A stretch of DNA of 64,000 bases from Octopus vulgaris (GCA_951406725.2 OX597824.1:95790001-95854000), one strand, 5' to 3'; counted from the stretch's first letter, positions 26,493 to 40,745 are shown. Translations and numbers: made by a program. The notes: a model not told the origin generated them from the sequence alone.

Positions 26493-26566
<74 letters not shown>

Positions 26567-26669
26567 TGCATATTTTTACATATATAGATACATATACATA
26601 CACACACACACATATATATACATACATATATATGCATATATAATGCATTCATATATATATGTATTTTAT

Positions 26670-27082
26670 AGGAGTGGCTGTGTGGTAAGTAACTGACTTA
26701 CCAACCACATGGTTCCGGGTTCAGTACCACTGCGTGGCACCTTGAGCAGGTGTCTTCTACTATAGCCTCAGGCCGACCAAAGCCTTATGAGTGGATTTGG
26801 TAGACGGAAACTGAAAGAAGCCTGTCGTATATATGTATATATATATATATGTGTGTTTGTGTATATGTTTGTGTGTGTGTGTGTTTGTCCCCCCAACATC
26901 GCTTGACAACCGATGCTGGTATGTTTACGTCCCCGTAACTTAGCAGTTCGGCAAAAAGAGACCGATATGATAAGAACTAGGCTTACAAAGAATAAGTCTT
27001 GGGGTCGATATGTGCTCGACTAAAGGCGCTGCTCCAGCATGGCCACAGTCAAATGACTGAAACAAGTAAAAGAGTAAAAGAG
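26670..27082 (+). mobile_element. SINE family A, full length
   Basis: Complete head-to-tail match to 17659. Confidence 0.95.
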
Positions 27083-27166
27083 TATATATATATATACATA
27101 CATATATACGTACATATAACACCATATTTTTGCTTGCATAGTAAATTAACTTCTCTCTATGTCTGC

Positions 27167-27211
<45 letters not shown>

Positions 27212-27338
27212 TGCGTGCACTAAGCGTCAACATTACGCATGAAGAGATGCTCCGTAATCTGCATCATCGAACTCTCTCTCATCACTTTTGTTTTCCAGAC
27301 TCCCCGCACTGCCACGTGTGGTAGCATGCTGTGTGTGT

Positions 27339-27379
<41 letters not shown>

Positions 27380-27629
27380 CATAGTTGATATAAGTATATA
27401 TTGGTGGATGTGTAATCTTCTATATTGGCTAATCTGTTTAATGGCATTCGCTGCTTTCACACTCCAGCCGACCCATATTTCTGTATGCGATACGAGAACC
27501 GGCAAGAATTTCATTAAAACCGTTTCAAGACAACACAGAGCATCGTTTTCTGGCGGAGGAATTCAATCGTGACTGTCTGACACTATAAAAGAAAAATGGC
27601 AGCCGAATCAATGAAGCTATATCCAAATA

Positions 27630-27900
27630 AAGAAGAAGAGGGAGAGAGACGAAGAAGGAGAAGAAGAAGAAGAAAAAGGAGGAGGAGGAGGAGAAAAAGA
27701 AGAAGTAGAAGGAGGAGGAGGAGGAAAAGGAGAAAAAAGAAAAAAAGAAGGAGGAGGGGGAGGAGGGGGAGGAGGAGAAAAAGAAGAAGAAGAAGAAGAA
27801 GAAGTAGAAGGAGGAGGAGAAAAAAGAAGAAGAAGAAGAAGAAGAAAAAGAGAAAGAAGAAGGGGGAGGAGGAGGAGGAGGAGGATGAGGGGAAAAGAGG
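27630..27900. repeat. Purine-only (GAA)n/(GGA)n tract
   Basis: Directly visible. Confidence 0.9.
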
Positions 27901-28186
27901 TGGGGGCAATAACATGTTCCAGACAATATATATAACTTGTATTCATTCAACAGTTTCCAACATTTCCTTTTCAGACACACAGACAGATAGATACGCTCAG
28001 ACACAGAGCGTGATGCCGACGAACATACATACATACATACATACAAACAAACATATATACACACATACATACATGTATGCATACATGTACAGGCAGTTAT
28101 ATGTTTGTTGCTAAATAACAACAGTCGCCTGGCAGCGCAAAATCGATTCTTGTAGTAAAATGTTATCACGACAATTGCTAATATTT

Positions 28187-28187
<1 letters not shown>

Positions 28188-28270
<83 letters not shown>
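28188..28270. repeat. (AGT)n(AGC)n microsatellite
   Basis: Directly visible. Confidence 0.95.
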
Positions 28271-28954
28271 CCGTGAACAGCAGAGAAGTACTATCATTAT
28301 TACCACGTAATAATAATAGCACACACACCGTCACATTGGCTGAACTAGACTCATGCAGCCATCACCAATCTCTGCGGCAACACAGGCATTGTTATAGACA
28401 AAAACTGCAGAGATGGATACAATTGGCTGCATAAATTTGAATCAAAATCTTCAACTAGGAAACAAGAAACAATGTTCATTCAAAAATATACGGTAGTAAT
28501 TTGATAAAAATGAAAAAACAAGGGAAGGAAACGATAGATCTAAAAGCTTTATAAACGACTTGTTTTACACGGGCAAATCTTAAAATCCCTTCGTAGTCTT
28601 AAAATCAGAAAAGGAAGAGAAGACAAAAACATTATAAAGCTAGCAAATTAGAGAAAGGTTCAAATGTTATGGAATTGATTAAGTATTGTTACTGCAGTCC
28701 AGCTCACTGCATTAACAATATTGACTGTGAAAAGCTAAAAGTTTGGATTTTCGGCAGACGAAGGACGTCACGTGACATTGTGATGATGGTGATTGTGGTG
28801 GCGTGATGTGGACTGTCGTAATGATGACACACACACGTATATATGTGTATGTATGTGTGTGTGTGTATGTGTGTGAATCTTGCTTCCCAGTCACATGGTT
28901 CTGGGTTCATTCCCATTGCTTGTCATACCTTGGGCAAGTCACTCGTCATCATCA

Positions 28955-29167
28955 TTATTGTTCGACCGTGGTCGAGACAATGGAATTTACCATGCTACGC
29001 CAGACTTCACGGTCCATCATGGCATTACGGAGGTCCTGTTGCTGGATGCCTGTATCCCTGGAGATTACATCAGGGTAGGAGAGTGTGCGCCCTCTGGTAT
29101 TGCGAGTAGATGGCTTCCAGAGGAGAAGAGTAGAAATTACCTCTTTTTCAGCTCTACAACAATGTCC
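28955..29167 (-). mobile_element. RTE-clade LINE 3' end (5'-truncated), inserted in a SINE A
   Basis: Open 70-codon frame GHCCRAEKEVISTLLLWKPSTRNTRGRTLSYPDVISRDTGIQQQDLRNAMMDREVWRSMV...*, with the RTE C-terminal GH..R / W.P / RGR / DR..W motifs, followed by a (TGA)n tail. Confidence 0.9.
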
Positions 29168-29637
29168 ATCGTACTATAGCCCCCGGTGCGACCAGAGCCT
29201 TGTGAGTGGACTTGGCGGGCAGTGCTCCAACACGGCAGATGGTCTAATAAGTGAAACAAAAGATAAAAGATACACGCACACACACACACACATATATATA
29301 TATGACGAAAGTAGGGCGAGAATAGAAATGAAAAATTCCAATTGTTGTAGGAGAGAGAAAGGCGACTGCAAGGTTAATTGTTTGATTAAATGGAATGTCG
29401 AGAGAGATAGGATGGTTCAGAATATCTCTGTTGACAGTTGGGAGATTTCGAATTTGAGTTGACATTTCGTATTGGTGTCACAATATGTTTTGATAACTGC
29501 TTTGTGTGACCTAACGAAACATTATAGAATTGAAGTCCCACAGGAGTGAGATTGGGGCTAAGAGATTGTTCCGAATCACATCATATTGTAGAGCATGCTT
29601 TGACCGATTTATCATTAATTTTTTTTTTTAAGTAATA

Positions 29638-29794
29638 CGCGCAGGCGTGGCTGTGTGGTAAGTAGCTTGCTTACGAACCACATGGTTCCGGGTTCAGTCC
29701 CACAGCGTGGCACTTTGGGCAAGTGCCTTCTGCTATAGCCTCGGGCCGACCAAAGCCTTGTGAGTGGTAGACGGAAACTGAAAGAAGCCCGTCG

Positions 29795-29826
<32 letters not shown>

Positions 29827-30078
29827 CAAGTATGTATGTATGCATGTATGTATGTGTATATGTATATGTTTGTGTGTCTGTGTTTGTCCCCCAGCCTCGC
29901 AACATCGCTTGACAACCGATGCTGGTGTGTTTACGTCCCAGTAACTTAGCGGTTCGCCAAAAGAGACCGATAGAATAAGTACTAAGCTTCCAAAGAATAA
30001 GTCCCGGGGTCGATTTGCTCGACTAACGGCGGTGCTCCAGCATGGCCGCAGTCAGATGACTGAAACAAGTAAAAGAGA
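29638..30078 (+). mobile_element. SINE family A, full length
   Basis: Complete match. Confidence 0.95.
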
Positions 30079-30989
30079 ATATAATACATATAACAGTTTG
30101 GATATTTATTTTATCCACATAGTTTTGAGTTAATCGTAGATCATCTCAAGATTTCGAGAGTGCGATTGTTTATTTCTAGAATGGCATTGTAGGGTAGATG
30201 TGACATACCAGATCTTGCTGGTTTAAACAAGTCGGATATTTGGGGGCTGGATATGGCCGGTTTAAAAACTAAAGGGTTAAATGATAGACCTCTATGTTTA
30301 CAAATATTGAGACAAATGTGAAATAAATAGAAACATTACGGAAATTGTGTATTAGTTCAACACACTTCAATATACACCCCACATGAAATGGAGGAAAGTC
30401 GGTCCACTTCTTGAAGTACTTGGGCTATAGTTAACTACCAGACCATTAGTAACTTCCTTTTTTACAAGACTAATTAGTCTACTTGAAGACTAAATCTCAA
30501 CCAAGGATCGGTTTTCACTTGCAATTATAAGCTGACAGCAACACAAAGCAATTCAAAATATGATTTAACTAGTTTTGAGAAGAGAGTTGCCAGTGGACCT
30601 GCCCCCCACTGAAGGACTTCGTACTTCGTAAAGCCTCAGCTGGTATAGCAACCAACGATTGGGCAAAGATACTTGACCACTTAACTGTAAATAGCCACGA
30701 TAGGCGAACCAACGAGAGGGGGCCCACGTCGTCGTTCGGCCAACTAGAAATAATAAACAAACCTCCCTCTAACCACACCCTACTTGTATTAAAAATAAAA
30801 TTGTGACTGAAATGATGTGACCCTGAGTTTCTCAATAATCATTTCACGACTAAAAATAATAAATGCGCCCCTTTAAAGCCTAGCCAGGCTCATGGGCCCG
30901 GTTTCCCGGTTTCTATGGCGTATGTGTTCCTCAGCTGGACGGGACGTGAATACGAGTCTGCCAGCTTGCCTCATACACACAATATGTAT

Positions 30990-30990
30990 G

Positions 30991-31050
<60 letters not shown>

Positions 31051-31087
31051 GAGTGAGAGAGTGAGTGAGAGAAAGAGAGAGAGAAAG

Positions 31088-31159
<72 letters not shown>

Positions 31160-31192
31160 GAGAGAGTGAGTGAGAGAAAGAGAGAGAGAAAG

Positions 31193-31267
<75 letters not shown>

Positions 31268-31315
31268 CAGACAGAAAGACAGATAGGCAGATAGATAGAT
31301 AGACAGATAGATAGA
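30990..31315. repeat. (GATA)n array with a duplicated GA-rich block
   Basis: GAGAGTGAGTGAGAGAAAGAGAGAGAGAAAGAGA occurs twice. Confidence 0.9.
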
Positions 31316-31607
31316 AACCAAAACAATGTAATTTCCAAAAATAAGGCAGGATGATGGTTTTATCTGGCATTTCAGTATTTCAGGGTCAGGACCCCTTTTC
31401 AACCTGCATTATTTTCATAACTTGGATTGTTTTGGCTTCAGAAAGAAATATAATTAAATACACAACTACATGTGTGTGTGAGCGTGTGCGCGCGTGCATG
31501 TGTGTGAGCGTGCGTGTGTTGTGTGCATGTATAAACGTACAAATGTATAATATACATGTATGTTATACTAGGAAGAAGATTGAGAAGACTAAAACACAAT
31601 ACAATGC

Positions 31608-31648
<41 letters not shown>

Positions 31649-31919
31649 TTTGCATAATACGTACATACAGAGAGATAAAGAGGGAAAGGGAGAGACATAC
31701 ATACATATACATTTGAATGTATGTATGTATGTATGTATGTATACATGTATGTATGTATGAAGGCATTTGTGTTTGTATGAAGAGTATATATACTTATTTA
31801 TTAAGACAATAATGCATTTTAACGGTACAGGTGTTTCAATTCATAATGGAATCTTCCTGCCTTTGAAAATATACGATTATGTATTGAAAGAACCGAACCG
31901 TTATTATGTATTACATCCT

Positions 31920-32051
<132 letters not shown>

Positions 32052-32719
32052 TTAGAAAAGAGGCGAGAGGGAACAAGGGGTGAAAAAAGAGGAGATTTCG
32101 TCAAGCTGTCTTACCAAGGACAAACAACATGAAGATATATGTCTGAATGTCATTTCATATTGTTCACGCATCCATTCACTTAACGGAAAATAATAAACTA
32201 TATATTTGTAAATTTTCACTACTCATCCCTGACGAGAAAGAAGAAAGAAAAAAAACGTTATTTCAATCAATGTAACAGCAATAATAGAACAAGAAGTGAA
32301 TTCCTTGTGAATCAAATCTGCAAGTCTGCTATCTGTTATCTGTTGACGTTAAGTCATAGAATAAATATTGCAAATGGCGTCGGAGAGACTTCCTCTTCGA
32401 AAGCTCGCTTCCCCAAGTAAAATCGCTCTTTACGGTTAATGGCTTTGTAAAAGACATTAGCCATAATGTCTTTTAATATACCAATATATTTAAATAGTTG
32501 TTTGTGTATACTACTTAATGTAAATACGTCATACAAAAACAAATTTACTGCGGTATTCGCCCGGAGTTAATATCTAGTATTAAAAAGCATAAACTATATC
32601 GATAGCAAACGAAAATCGTTCAGCTCTGGCTTATTAGAGTGCTAGATGTGCATTTCTGCCTTGTTAGGCTTTGTCAGTAGCATGAACTCACTGTCAGCTG
32701 TATACTAAGGCAAAATCTG

Positions 32720-32946
32720 TTGCTATTGATATAAGAAAACAGTGATTGAACAATCAGAGGTGTTGTTGCAATTAGACACCCAGCTGAATAAAAATCCGTT
32801 ATATTTCCTCTTAACAGTGGTTGACAGTTTGTACATGCTACTGACAAAACGCAACAAGGTAGAAATCCGTGTCTAGCATTCTCATTTGCTGCTGTTGGAC
32901 AATCTTCGTCTGCTACTGATGTATTTTGTATTTTTAAACACAACAC
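32720..32946 (-). pseudogene. Possible degenerate hAT transposase C-terminal fragment
   Basis: DEDCP...VLSVACTN...FYSAGCLI resembles the hAT motif DPL.WW...VLS.PATS..SER.FS.AG.LI. Confidence 0.33.
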
Positions 32947-33041
32947 GTTCTGCGATGTATTTACATTAAGTATGATTCAGATGGTTGTTGTAATCTGATG
33001 ATGATTCTGTGGCATATAACAAATTATTAATATATTTAACA

Positions 33042-33410
33042 GGCGTATGAGTGGCTGCGTAGTAAGCAGCTTGCTTCCCAACCACATGGTTCCGGGTTCA
33101 GTCCCAGTGCGTGGCACCTTGGGCAAGTGTCTTCTATTATAGCCCCGGACCGACCAAAGCCTTGTGAATGGATTTGGCAATGAAAACTGAAAGAAGTGTG
33201 TGTGGGTGTGTGGGTGTGTGGGTGTGTGTGGGTGTGTGTTTGTTTGTCGCCACACCATCGCTTGACAACCGGTGTTGGTGTGTTTATATAAAATAAGTAC
33301 TAGGCTTTAAAAAAGAAGTCCTGGAGTCGATTTGCTCGAGTAAAACCCTTTAAGGCGGTGCTCCAGCCTGGCCGCAGTCGAATGACTGAAACAAGCAAAA
33401 GAATAAAATA
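33042..33410 (+). mobile_element. SINE family A
   Basis: Head and tail match; small internal deletion. Confidence 0.9.
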
Positions 33411-33589
33411 ATAGTGTTTAACTCCAAATCAGACGACAGTGTTCTCTGAATGCATGAAACATGTTTACTTGATTCAAAGCCCAAGTTAATCATGGAAGTG
33501 TTTCACAATTAAATATGTAATCCGTTCCAGATATGGCATTAGGAAAGAAACGAAACTACGGAAAGATCAACTAGTGACACAGCAATGAA

Positions 33590-33905
33590 TATATGTCGAC
33601 CTCGGTGGCATTTGAACTCAGAACATACAAAGCCAGTACAAATTCCCCTAAGCATTTTTCTCCGATGCTTTAACAATTCTGCCAGCTCGCCGCCGTATTC
33701 TCTTTTACTCTTTTACTTGTTTCAGTCATTTCATACATATATATGACGGGCTTCTTTCAGTTTCCGTCTACCAAATTCACTCACGAGGCTTTGGTCGGCC
33801 CGAGGCTATAGTAGAAGACACTTGCCTAAGGTGCCACACAGTGGGACTGAACCCAGAACCATGTGATTGGTACGCAAGGTACTTACCACACAGCCCCTCC
33901 TACGC
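33590..33905 (-). mobile_element. SINE B head (33590-33695) plus internally deleted SINE A (33700-33905)
   Basis: Matches to both families on the minus strand. Confidence 0.8.
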
Positions 33906-34159
33906 CTTCTGTTCATTAAATGTAAACATTGAATAAAACAATAGAGGCGAGGTTTTCGTGAGCTGAGTCTGTGACCTAATATTAACTTCTTTATTTTGTA
34001 TTTGAACAATTTGATTTGCATACATAAAAATAAATTGGAAACCACAATTTCCCGTTTCTCACCAGATTCGAGCCTACACAAAAATTTAAATTAAATACTT
34101 GTTCTATTTTTTATATTTTATTTTATATCACTTTATTTTTTTAACAGTGTCCGAGTTTC

Positions 34160-34510
34160 ACAACTACAGAGCAGGTCAGGGTACCAGGCCACTTCGTATG
34201 ATTATGGGTTACTGTTAATCGGATTCCGTATCCAACCAACGAGTCTACTCAGGAACTAGGAATTATGTTGTATGATTGGGGAGCGCCATCTCATATTGTT
34301 TAGCCAAGTTGCTCGATTTTCCCGTCACTGAAGATCCGACTGGGTTGACAACTCGTATTGGTCGATCACATGGCTGGTGGTCACGACAGATGAGGAGATA
34401 TTTCGCGGACGTGGGGACTGATTGGGACTCTGCTTGAAGGGTCGCCCGGGAGGACCCTTCAATATACTGACCAATGGCGAATGCAGCAACGCATACCCAC
34501 ACATCAGACC
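34160..34510 (+). mobile_element. Degenerate RTE-clade LINE 3' end
   Basis: ERHLILFSQVARF / EDPTGLTTRIGRSHGWWSRQMRRYFADVGTDWDSA*RVAREDPSIY*PMANAAT resembles an RTE C-terminus; contains stops and a frameshift. Confidence 0.7.
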
Positions 34511-34799
34511 AGACAATTTTCCTTTAATAAAAGCGTCGTAATTGCACATTCCCAACTGGTCAATCATTAATTTATGGCATTTCTCAAAGCCAGAGTGACA
34601 ATGGAGTGTTTAACTCGATGCAGAACAAATGTCTCAAGGGACTTCGTACACAAAGCATCGGTTTTGTCGTTTTTTTTTTTCACGATGCTTATAACCTTTG
34701 TTAATAAATATCTATAAAAGACAAGCGCATATATAAAACACATACATACATACATACATACAAACATGCATACATACACATACGTCCTTCATTTTTTAT

Positions 34800-35175
34800 A
34801 TCTTTTGCTTCTTTCAGATATTAGACTGTGGTCAACATGGAGCACCATCTTAAATAAGTATTAGCCAAATAAATCTACTCCAGTACTTTTTTAGAACTTG
34901 GCACTTACTCTATCAGGCTCTTTTGCCGAACCGCTAGGTTATGAGGACGTAAACACACCAACAGCGATTGTCTAGCGTTGGTGGGACAATCGCAAACACA
35001 CACACACACACACACATATACACAGACACACACACACATTTATATACCACAGGCTTCCTTCAGTCTCCGTCGGTCCGGGTCTACGGTAGAGGACACTTGT
35101 CCAACGCAGTGGGACTGAACCCGGAACCTTGCCGATGGGAGGCAAACTTCTTACCACACAGCCACGCCTGCGCCC
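34800..35175 (-). mobile_element. SINE family A, diverged
   Basis: Head and tail recognisable. Confidence 0.85.
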
Positions 35176-35998
35176 ACATGTGTGTGTGCAGTATTTTACG
35201 CAGTATGCGTGCAGTTCCAAGTGAAGACGATTATCATCATCATCATTATTATTATTATCATTATTATTATTATTCTCATCATCATCATCGTGCATGGAAT
35301 TGACCACACCTTTCATTGTGAACAAATGTTCACAAATTAATTTGAGCTTCGAAACAAGTAACCTATACCAACCACCAGGTCGTTCTGCACGCAGAAAACA
35401 CACTTTTTGTTCTTTGTGTGCTAATTACGATAGATAAATATATTAAGAGTGGCATGTAAGGGAAAGTCACATTTTGATCTGATTCACCTGAAGTCGTATA
35501 AGATTATATAGGTAGGAGAAATAGCAGCCTGTTTAAAGATAACAGCTGATAATTAGAATTGTCAGAAGTGTCTTTATTAAGAGATTGGGAACACACGATT
35601 GTAATTTCATACAGTAAAACAAAATCTGTTGAATGGATGGGTAGTAAGTAGGAAAAGTCACGTAAAAGTATCTGCTGGTTTTGATAAGCTAAATGTGTCG
35701 AGAGAATATAATTGATATTATTTGCCTTCTTGGAATCTCGAAAATCTTGGTTTAAATATATTTATTTCTTTGTATATTTATTTATTTGTGTTTGTAAGAT
35801 GGATGGTCGTAGGAGAGTAGAAGCGGGCGAATCACATTTAGAAATAGTTTAATTGTAACGTAGACAAAATTTTGCCGGGAATAACGTCACAGAAGAGAAA
35901 TCTCGGTAACAAAAGAAATAGTCGCCATTTTGGTTAAGAAAATAATAAGGCAGATAAAAAAAAAACGTGTGGCACTCCATTTAAACATGCATACACAA

Positions 35999-37194
35999 GG
36001 CGCAGACGTAGTTGTGTGGTAAAGAGTTTTCTTTCCAACCACGTGGTTCCGGGTTCAGTCCCACCACGAGGCACCTTCTATTATAGCCTCGGGCCAACCA
36101 AAGCCGTGTGAATGGATTTGGTTGGTTGTATACATACTCTACTCTCGTCACTCTTTTACTTGTTTCAGTCATTTGACTGCGGCCATGCTGGAGCACCGCC
36201 TTTAGTTGATCGAGCAAATAGACCCCAGGACTTATTCTTTGTAAGCCTAGTACTTATTCTATCGGTCTCTTTTGCCGAACAGCTAAGTTACGAGGACGTA
36301 AACACACCAGCATCGTTTGTCAAACAATGCTAGGGAGACAAACACAGACACACAAACACACACATATATACATATATGCGACAGGCTTCTTTCAGTTTCC
36401 GCCTACCAAATCCACTCACAATGCCCGAGGCTATAGTAGAAGACACTCGCCCAAGGTGCCACGCAGTGGGAATGAACCCGGAACCATGTGGTTGGTAACC
36501 AAGCTAGTTACCTACCACACAGTCACACCTGCGCCTATATGAATATATATGTATATATGTGTATGTCTGTGTATTTGCATTTACCCACACCCACCATCAC
36601 TGCTTGACAAGCTATATTGGTTTGTTTACGTTCCCGTAATTTAGCGGTTCGACAGAAAAGACAGACAAATTAAGTATCAACCTTCAAAAACAAGTACTGA
36701 GTTCAATTTAGCCGACTATGGTCGACGAGGTGTTGCCCCAGCATGGCCGCACTTTCAACGACAGAAAGAAGTAAAAGAAAATACATACAACAATCAATTA
36801 TGCAAGAGATCAATACCCCCGACAACATCCCCCTCTTCCTTACACTCATCCACCCCACCCACCCCCGCAACTTATTTGTAGCTTTATGTCAATGTCAAAA
36901 ATCGATATTATCGATGCCTTACGTCAGTCGTATCATTTTCCTATGATCTAAACGTCATGTGATTCGAATGGTTTTTCTTTTTTATTTGTTTTTCTTTTAC
37001 AGATTTCAATCATTGAACTAAGGCCATGCTGGAGCACCGCCCTTAAGGATATATTTCAGTTCAGTCGAATGAATCGACCCAAGGGCTTGGATAATTTTTC
37101 TGACGATCATTTTTGCAGAACTGCTCAGATAAGGGCGCGTAAACAAACCAACACCGGTCGTCAAGCTGTGGGGAGACAATTACAAACTCACAGA

Positions 37195-37240
<46 letters not shown>

Positions 37241-37615
37241 CGCACATACACACATCCGATAGGCTTCCACACAGTTTCCGTCTACCATATTCACTGGTCA
37301 GCCCGGGGCGTCATGCAGTGGGACTGAACCTGAAGCCCCATGGTTACGAAGCAAGCCCCTTAACCACAAAGCCTGCGCCTATAAAGCCATGCCTGAGCCA
37401 AGATAATTTGTATGACATTGTCCCATCACTTGACAACCGGTGTAGGTTTGTTTATCTCCTTGTAAGTTACCAGTTCGACAAAAGCGACCGACAGAATAAA
37501 AACAAATCATTTTTTTTTTTTTGTAAAAAGAAAAAAGAAAATCCCTAAGTACTGGGGTCGATTTATTCGAGGCAGTGCTCCAGAATGGCCGCAGTCCAAT
37601 GAACGAAACAAGCAA
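35999..37615. mobile_element. Cluster of five SINE A copies or fragments in alternating orientation
   Basis: +35999-36130, -36150-36537, +36560-36780, -37005-37382, +37415-37615. Confidence 0.85.
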
Positions 37616-38109
37616 ATGCGTTTGCGGGTGGCATGGTGAACATTGGTGGACGAAGGTCCCTAACGTCAATTTGCTTCACGACATGGCGAGGAGCATTTCA
37701 AAAGCCACGCGAGAAGATCCAACTCGCTAAATAATGTTTGTTCCTGTCCGAGCAAAGGTGGCGGCTTTCAAAAGTAATATTTCTTGGCAACAGAACAACG
37801 TCTCCGTGATGACATATTGCAGCTAAGTTGCATCGATCGAATCGATTTCAGCTGCTGCAACGGGTCAGCCGTTGGCTGTTAAAAGTTGTTGCACCAATAA
37901 AGTTTGAATGCCAGTAAAGATATTTCGTTAGAGTATACAGGCCAATGAACCAACGAGTGAGGGAGGGGGAGGGGGAGGGGGAGGCAGACAGGCTTTATGA
38001 AGTCGTTCGACCTACAAGACATAGGAAGCCACACACGTATTCCTCATATCACACCTTACTCTCTTTAAAATAGAGTAAGTGATGTATATTGGGTAATGTA
38101 GTCTTCGAT

Positions 38110-38552
38110 ATCATCACCACCACCACCACCATCATCATCATCGTCATCGTCATCATCGTCGTTGTCGTCGTCGTCATCGTCATCATCATCGTCATCATCA
38201 GTATCGTCATCATCATCATCATCATCCTCATCAACATCATCGTCGTCGTCGTCATGACCATCATTGTCATCATCATCATCCTCATCATTAACAATATCAT
38301 CGTCATCATCATGATCATCATCATCATCAGTATCGTCATCATCATCATCATCATCATCATTGTCATCAGTATCGTCATCATCATCATCATCATTAACAAC
38401 ATCATCGTCGTTGTCGTCATCATCACCACCACCATCATCATCATCGTCATCATCGTCGTCGTCATGATCATCATTGTCATCATCATAATCATCATTAACA
38501 ACATCATCATCATCGTTGTCGTCGTCGTCATCATCATCATCATCATCATCAT
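38110..38552. repeat. Degenerate (CAT/CGT)n trinucleotide array
   Basis: Directly visible; source of the poly-D/M/I ORFs. Confidence 0.95.
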
Positions 38553-38964
38553 CAAACATAGACCTCTTTCTGAAGCAAATTCAAAGCAACTCTATTCCAC
38601 AAATAAAACTTAACTTAAGGAACCCATTATTTTGTTTGTTTTTACATGAATTTCCACTCCATTATCGCCCTACTTTTCTACAACGCCTCCTTGGAACTTT
38701 CCACTGCCCTCGGAGGGGGCAATATCACCCACTTTTAATCGACTTGCTCGCTCTCCTCAAAAAGTTGCTGGCCTTGAGCACTGCAACAGACCGATATCCC
38801 GTTTAAGGGGATCGCCGTGATCTCAGTTGCTTATACTCCATGCAAACTAAGAAAACCGACCTAATAAACCGAGCAAGAGAAGAGAAATGAAAAGAGGTTT
38901 ATAAAAAACAGCATTGGAAAACTAGCGATGGACCCTGTCAATAAAAGTTATGCATTAAAAGTCA

Positions 38965-39323
38965 CGGGTTCAGTCCCACTGCGTGGCATCTTGGGCAAGT
39001 GTCTTCTACTATAGCCTCGGGCCAACCAAAGCCTTGTGAGTGGATTTGGTAGACGGAAACTGAAAGAAGCCCGTCGTATATATGTATGTATATATATGTG
39101 TGTGTGAATGTTTGTGTCTGTGTTTGTCCCCCTAGCATTGCTTGACAACCGATGCTGGTGTGTTTACGTCCCCGTCACTTAGCGGTTCGGCAAAAGAGAC
39201 CGATAGAATAAGTACTGGGCTTACAAAGAATAAGTCCCGGGGTCGATTTGCTCGACTAAAAGGTGGTGCTCCAGCATGGCCGCAGTCAAATGACTGAAAC
39301 AAGTAAAAGAGTAAAAAGAGAGA
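38965..39323 (+). mobile_element. SINE family A, 5'-truncated
   Basis: Starts at B-box GGGTTCAGTCCC; intact tail. Confidence 0.93.
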
Positions 39324-40538
39324 GTTTGAATAAGTTTATTTGCCGTTTATTTAAACATGGGCTGAGGGAGTCAACCTTCAAAGAAAATCAAGAATGAAGC
39401 CCCGACAGAGAGCGGGACGGTTATGTCTCATTCTGGTAGCTTCTGTAGCCAGTTACTTACTGCTCGGTTGTCTTAATTCTGTGTCGCCATTGAATAACAG
39501 AAGAGAAAGACGAAAGGGTGAAATCATTTCCTGCACGATTTTACCTCATCTTAAAAATTTAGCGTAAGTGTTGCAGCTTTATATATTTGGAAGCTTTTGG
39601 CCTAAATAAGCCACCTCGGGGCTTACAAAAAGTACTGCTGCCAAATCTGGTCGTCTTCGGAGACATGAAGGACAAAAATGTAATATATTAGAAAGATAAA
39701 AGAGGAATCTGACATTTTGGAGCTGGGTTTTTTTTTTTCATCTGAGAATGAAACGTTTTTTGCTTGTTTTAATTTGTTTCATATAACAACTCTGTAACAT
39801 CCTGTAGTTATTTGCTCCACAACAGAGACAGCTGGAGCGTTGAGGTCGTTAACAGTCACAAGAAAAACAAAATATAGATGCATAAGTGCAATATAGACGA
39901 AAATATTCAAGAAAGTTGGCTGCTTCACAAGTTTTTCCCCGTTTCGCTGTTTACCTGACGTTTGGTATTCGTCATATTTTCTGTGCCTAGGCATTATGTA
40001 CTTTTTGTTGTTGGTGCTATTGCTGTTGTATTATGTTCATAATATATGAAACAGTATCAGTCTTCAGATGAAAAGAAGAATTTTAGATATACTTTGTACA
40101 TTTTTATTGTTAATTTTATTTTATATATATTATGTATTTAGCGAACAATGGCGGCGCCTTTGGTTGTATGTTTAACAGCGGGCCAATGGCTGGTTTTACT
40201 GTATTTGTGATTACTAGAGTAACATGGGAGAGACTGCGCAACTCGAGTAGGTTAAATGCTACAAATTAATTTTCTTTTTAGTTCGATGCACTGGGTTGTC
40301 GCTTATTTTTAGTTCGTATATCTTTCACTGACGCACACATACACACACACATACATCATATATACATACATACATTCACACACGCACACACACAAATATA
40401 AATGTAATTTGGTGTGTATGTGTGTGTGTATGTGTTATATATATACACACACTCACGTATGTGTATGTATGTGCATATATATATATGCATGCGTATCTAT
40501 CTCTATATATATTTGTATGTATATTTATACATATAAAG

Positions 40539-40745
40539 TTAATCCAAACATGAAAACACAAAGAGAAAACACAGCAACGCGAGGACTTGGAAACAAGTAT
40601 AGTGTTATTGGACGCTCAGGAAAGGAAAGAAAGAAGGAGGATTTAACGTTTCGAGCGGAGCTCTTCGTCAGAAACATAGAAAAAGGAAAGATCCAGGGAA
40701 TGGAAGGCGGAGAAAGAAAATCGCCAACGATACACACGCTGTCAA
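40539..40745 (-). mobile_element. ~200-bp Penelope-like terminal-repeat fragment with a minimal hammerhead motif (40641-40675)
   Basis: Minus GTTT-CTGACGA-A-GAGC-TCC-GCTC-GAAA-CGT-T-AAAT; homologous to 52345-52548. Confidence 0.7.

Noticed and set aside
27525-28334. 269-aa minus ORF and overlapping Arg/Lys-rich ORFs
   Set aside because: Concatenated simple repeats.
38049-38613. Poly-Asp/Met/Ile ORFs
   Set aside because: Trinucleotide repeat open in several frames; the flanks are non-coding.
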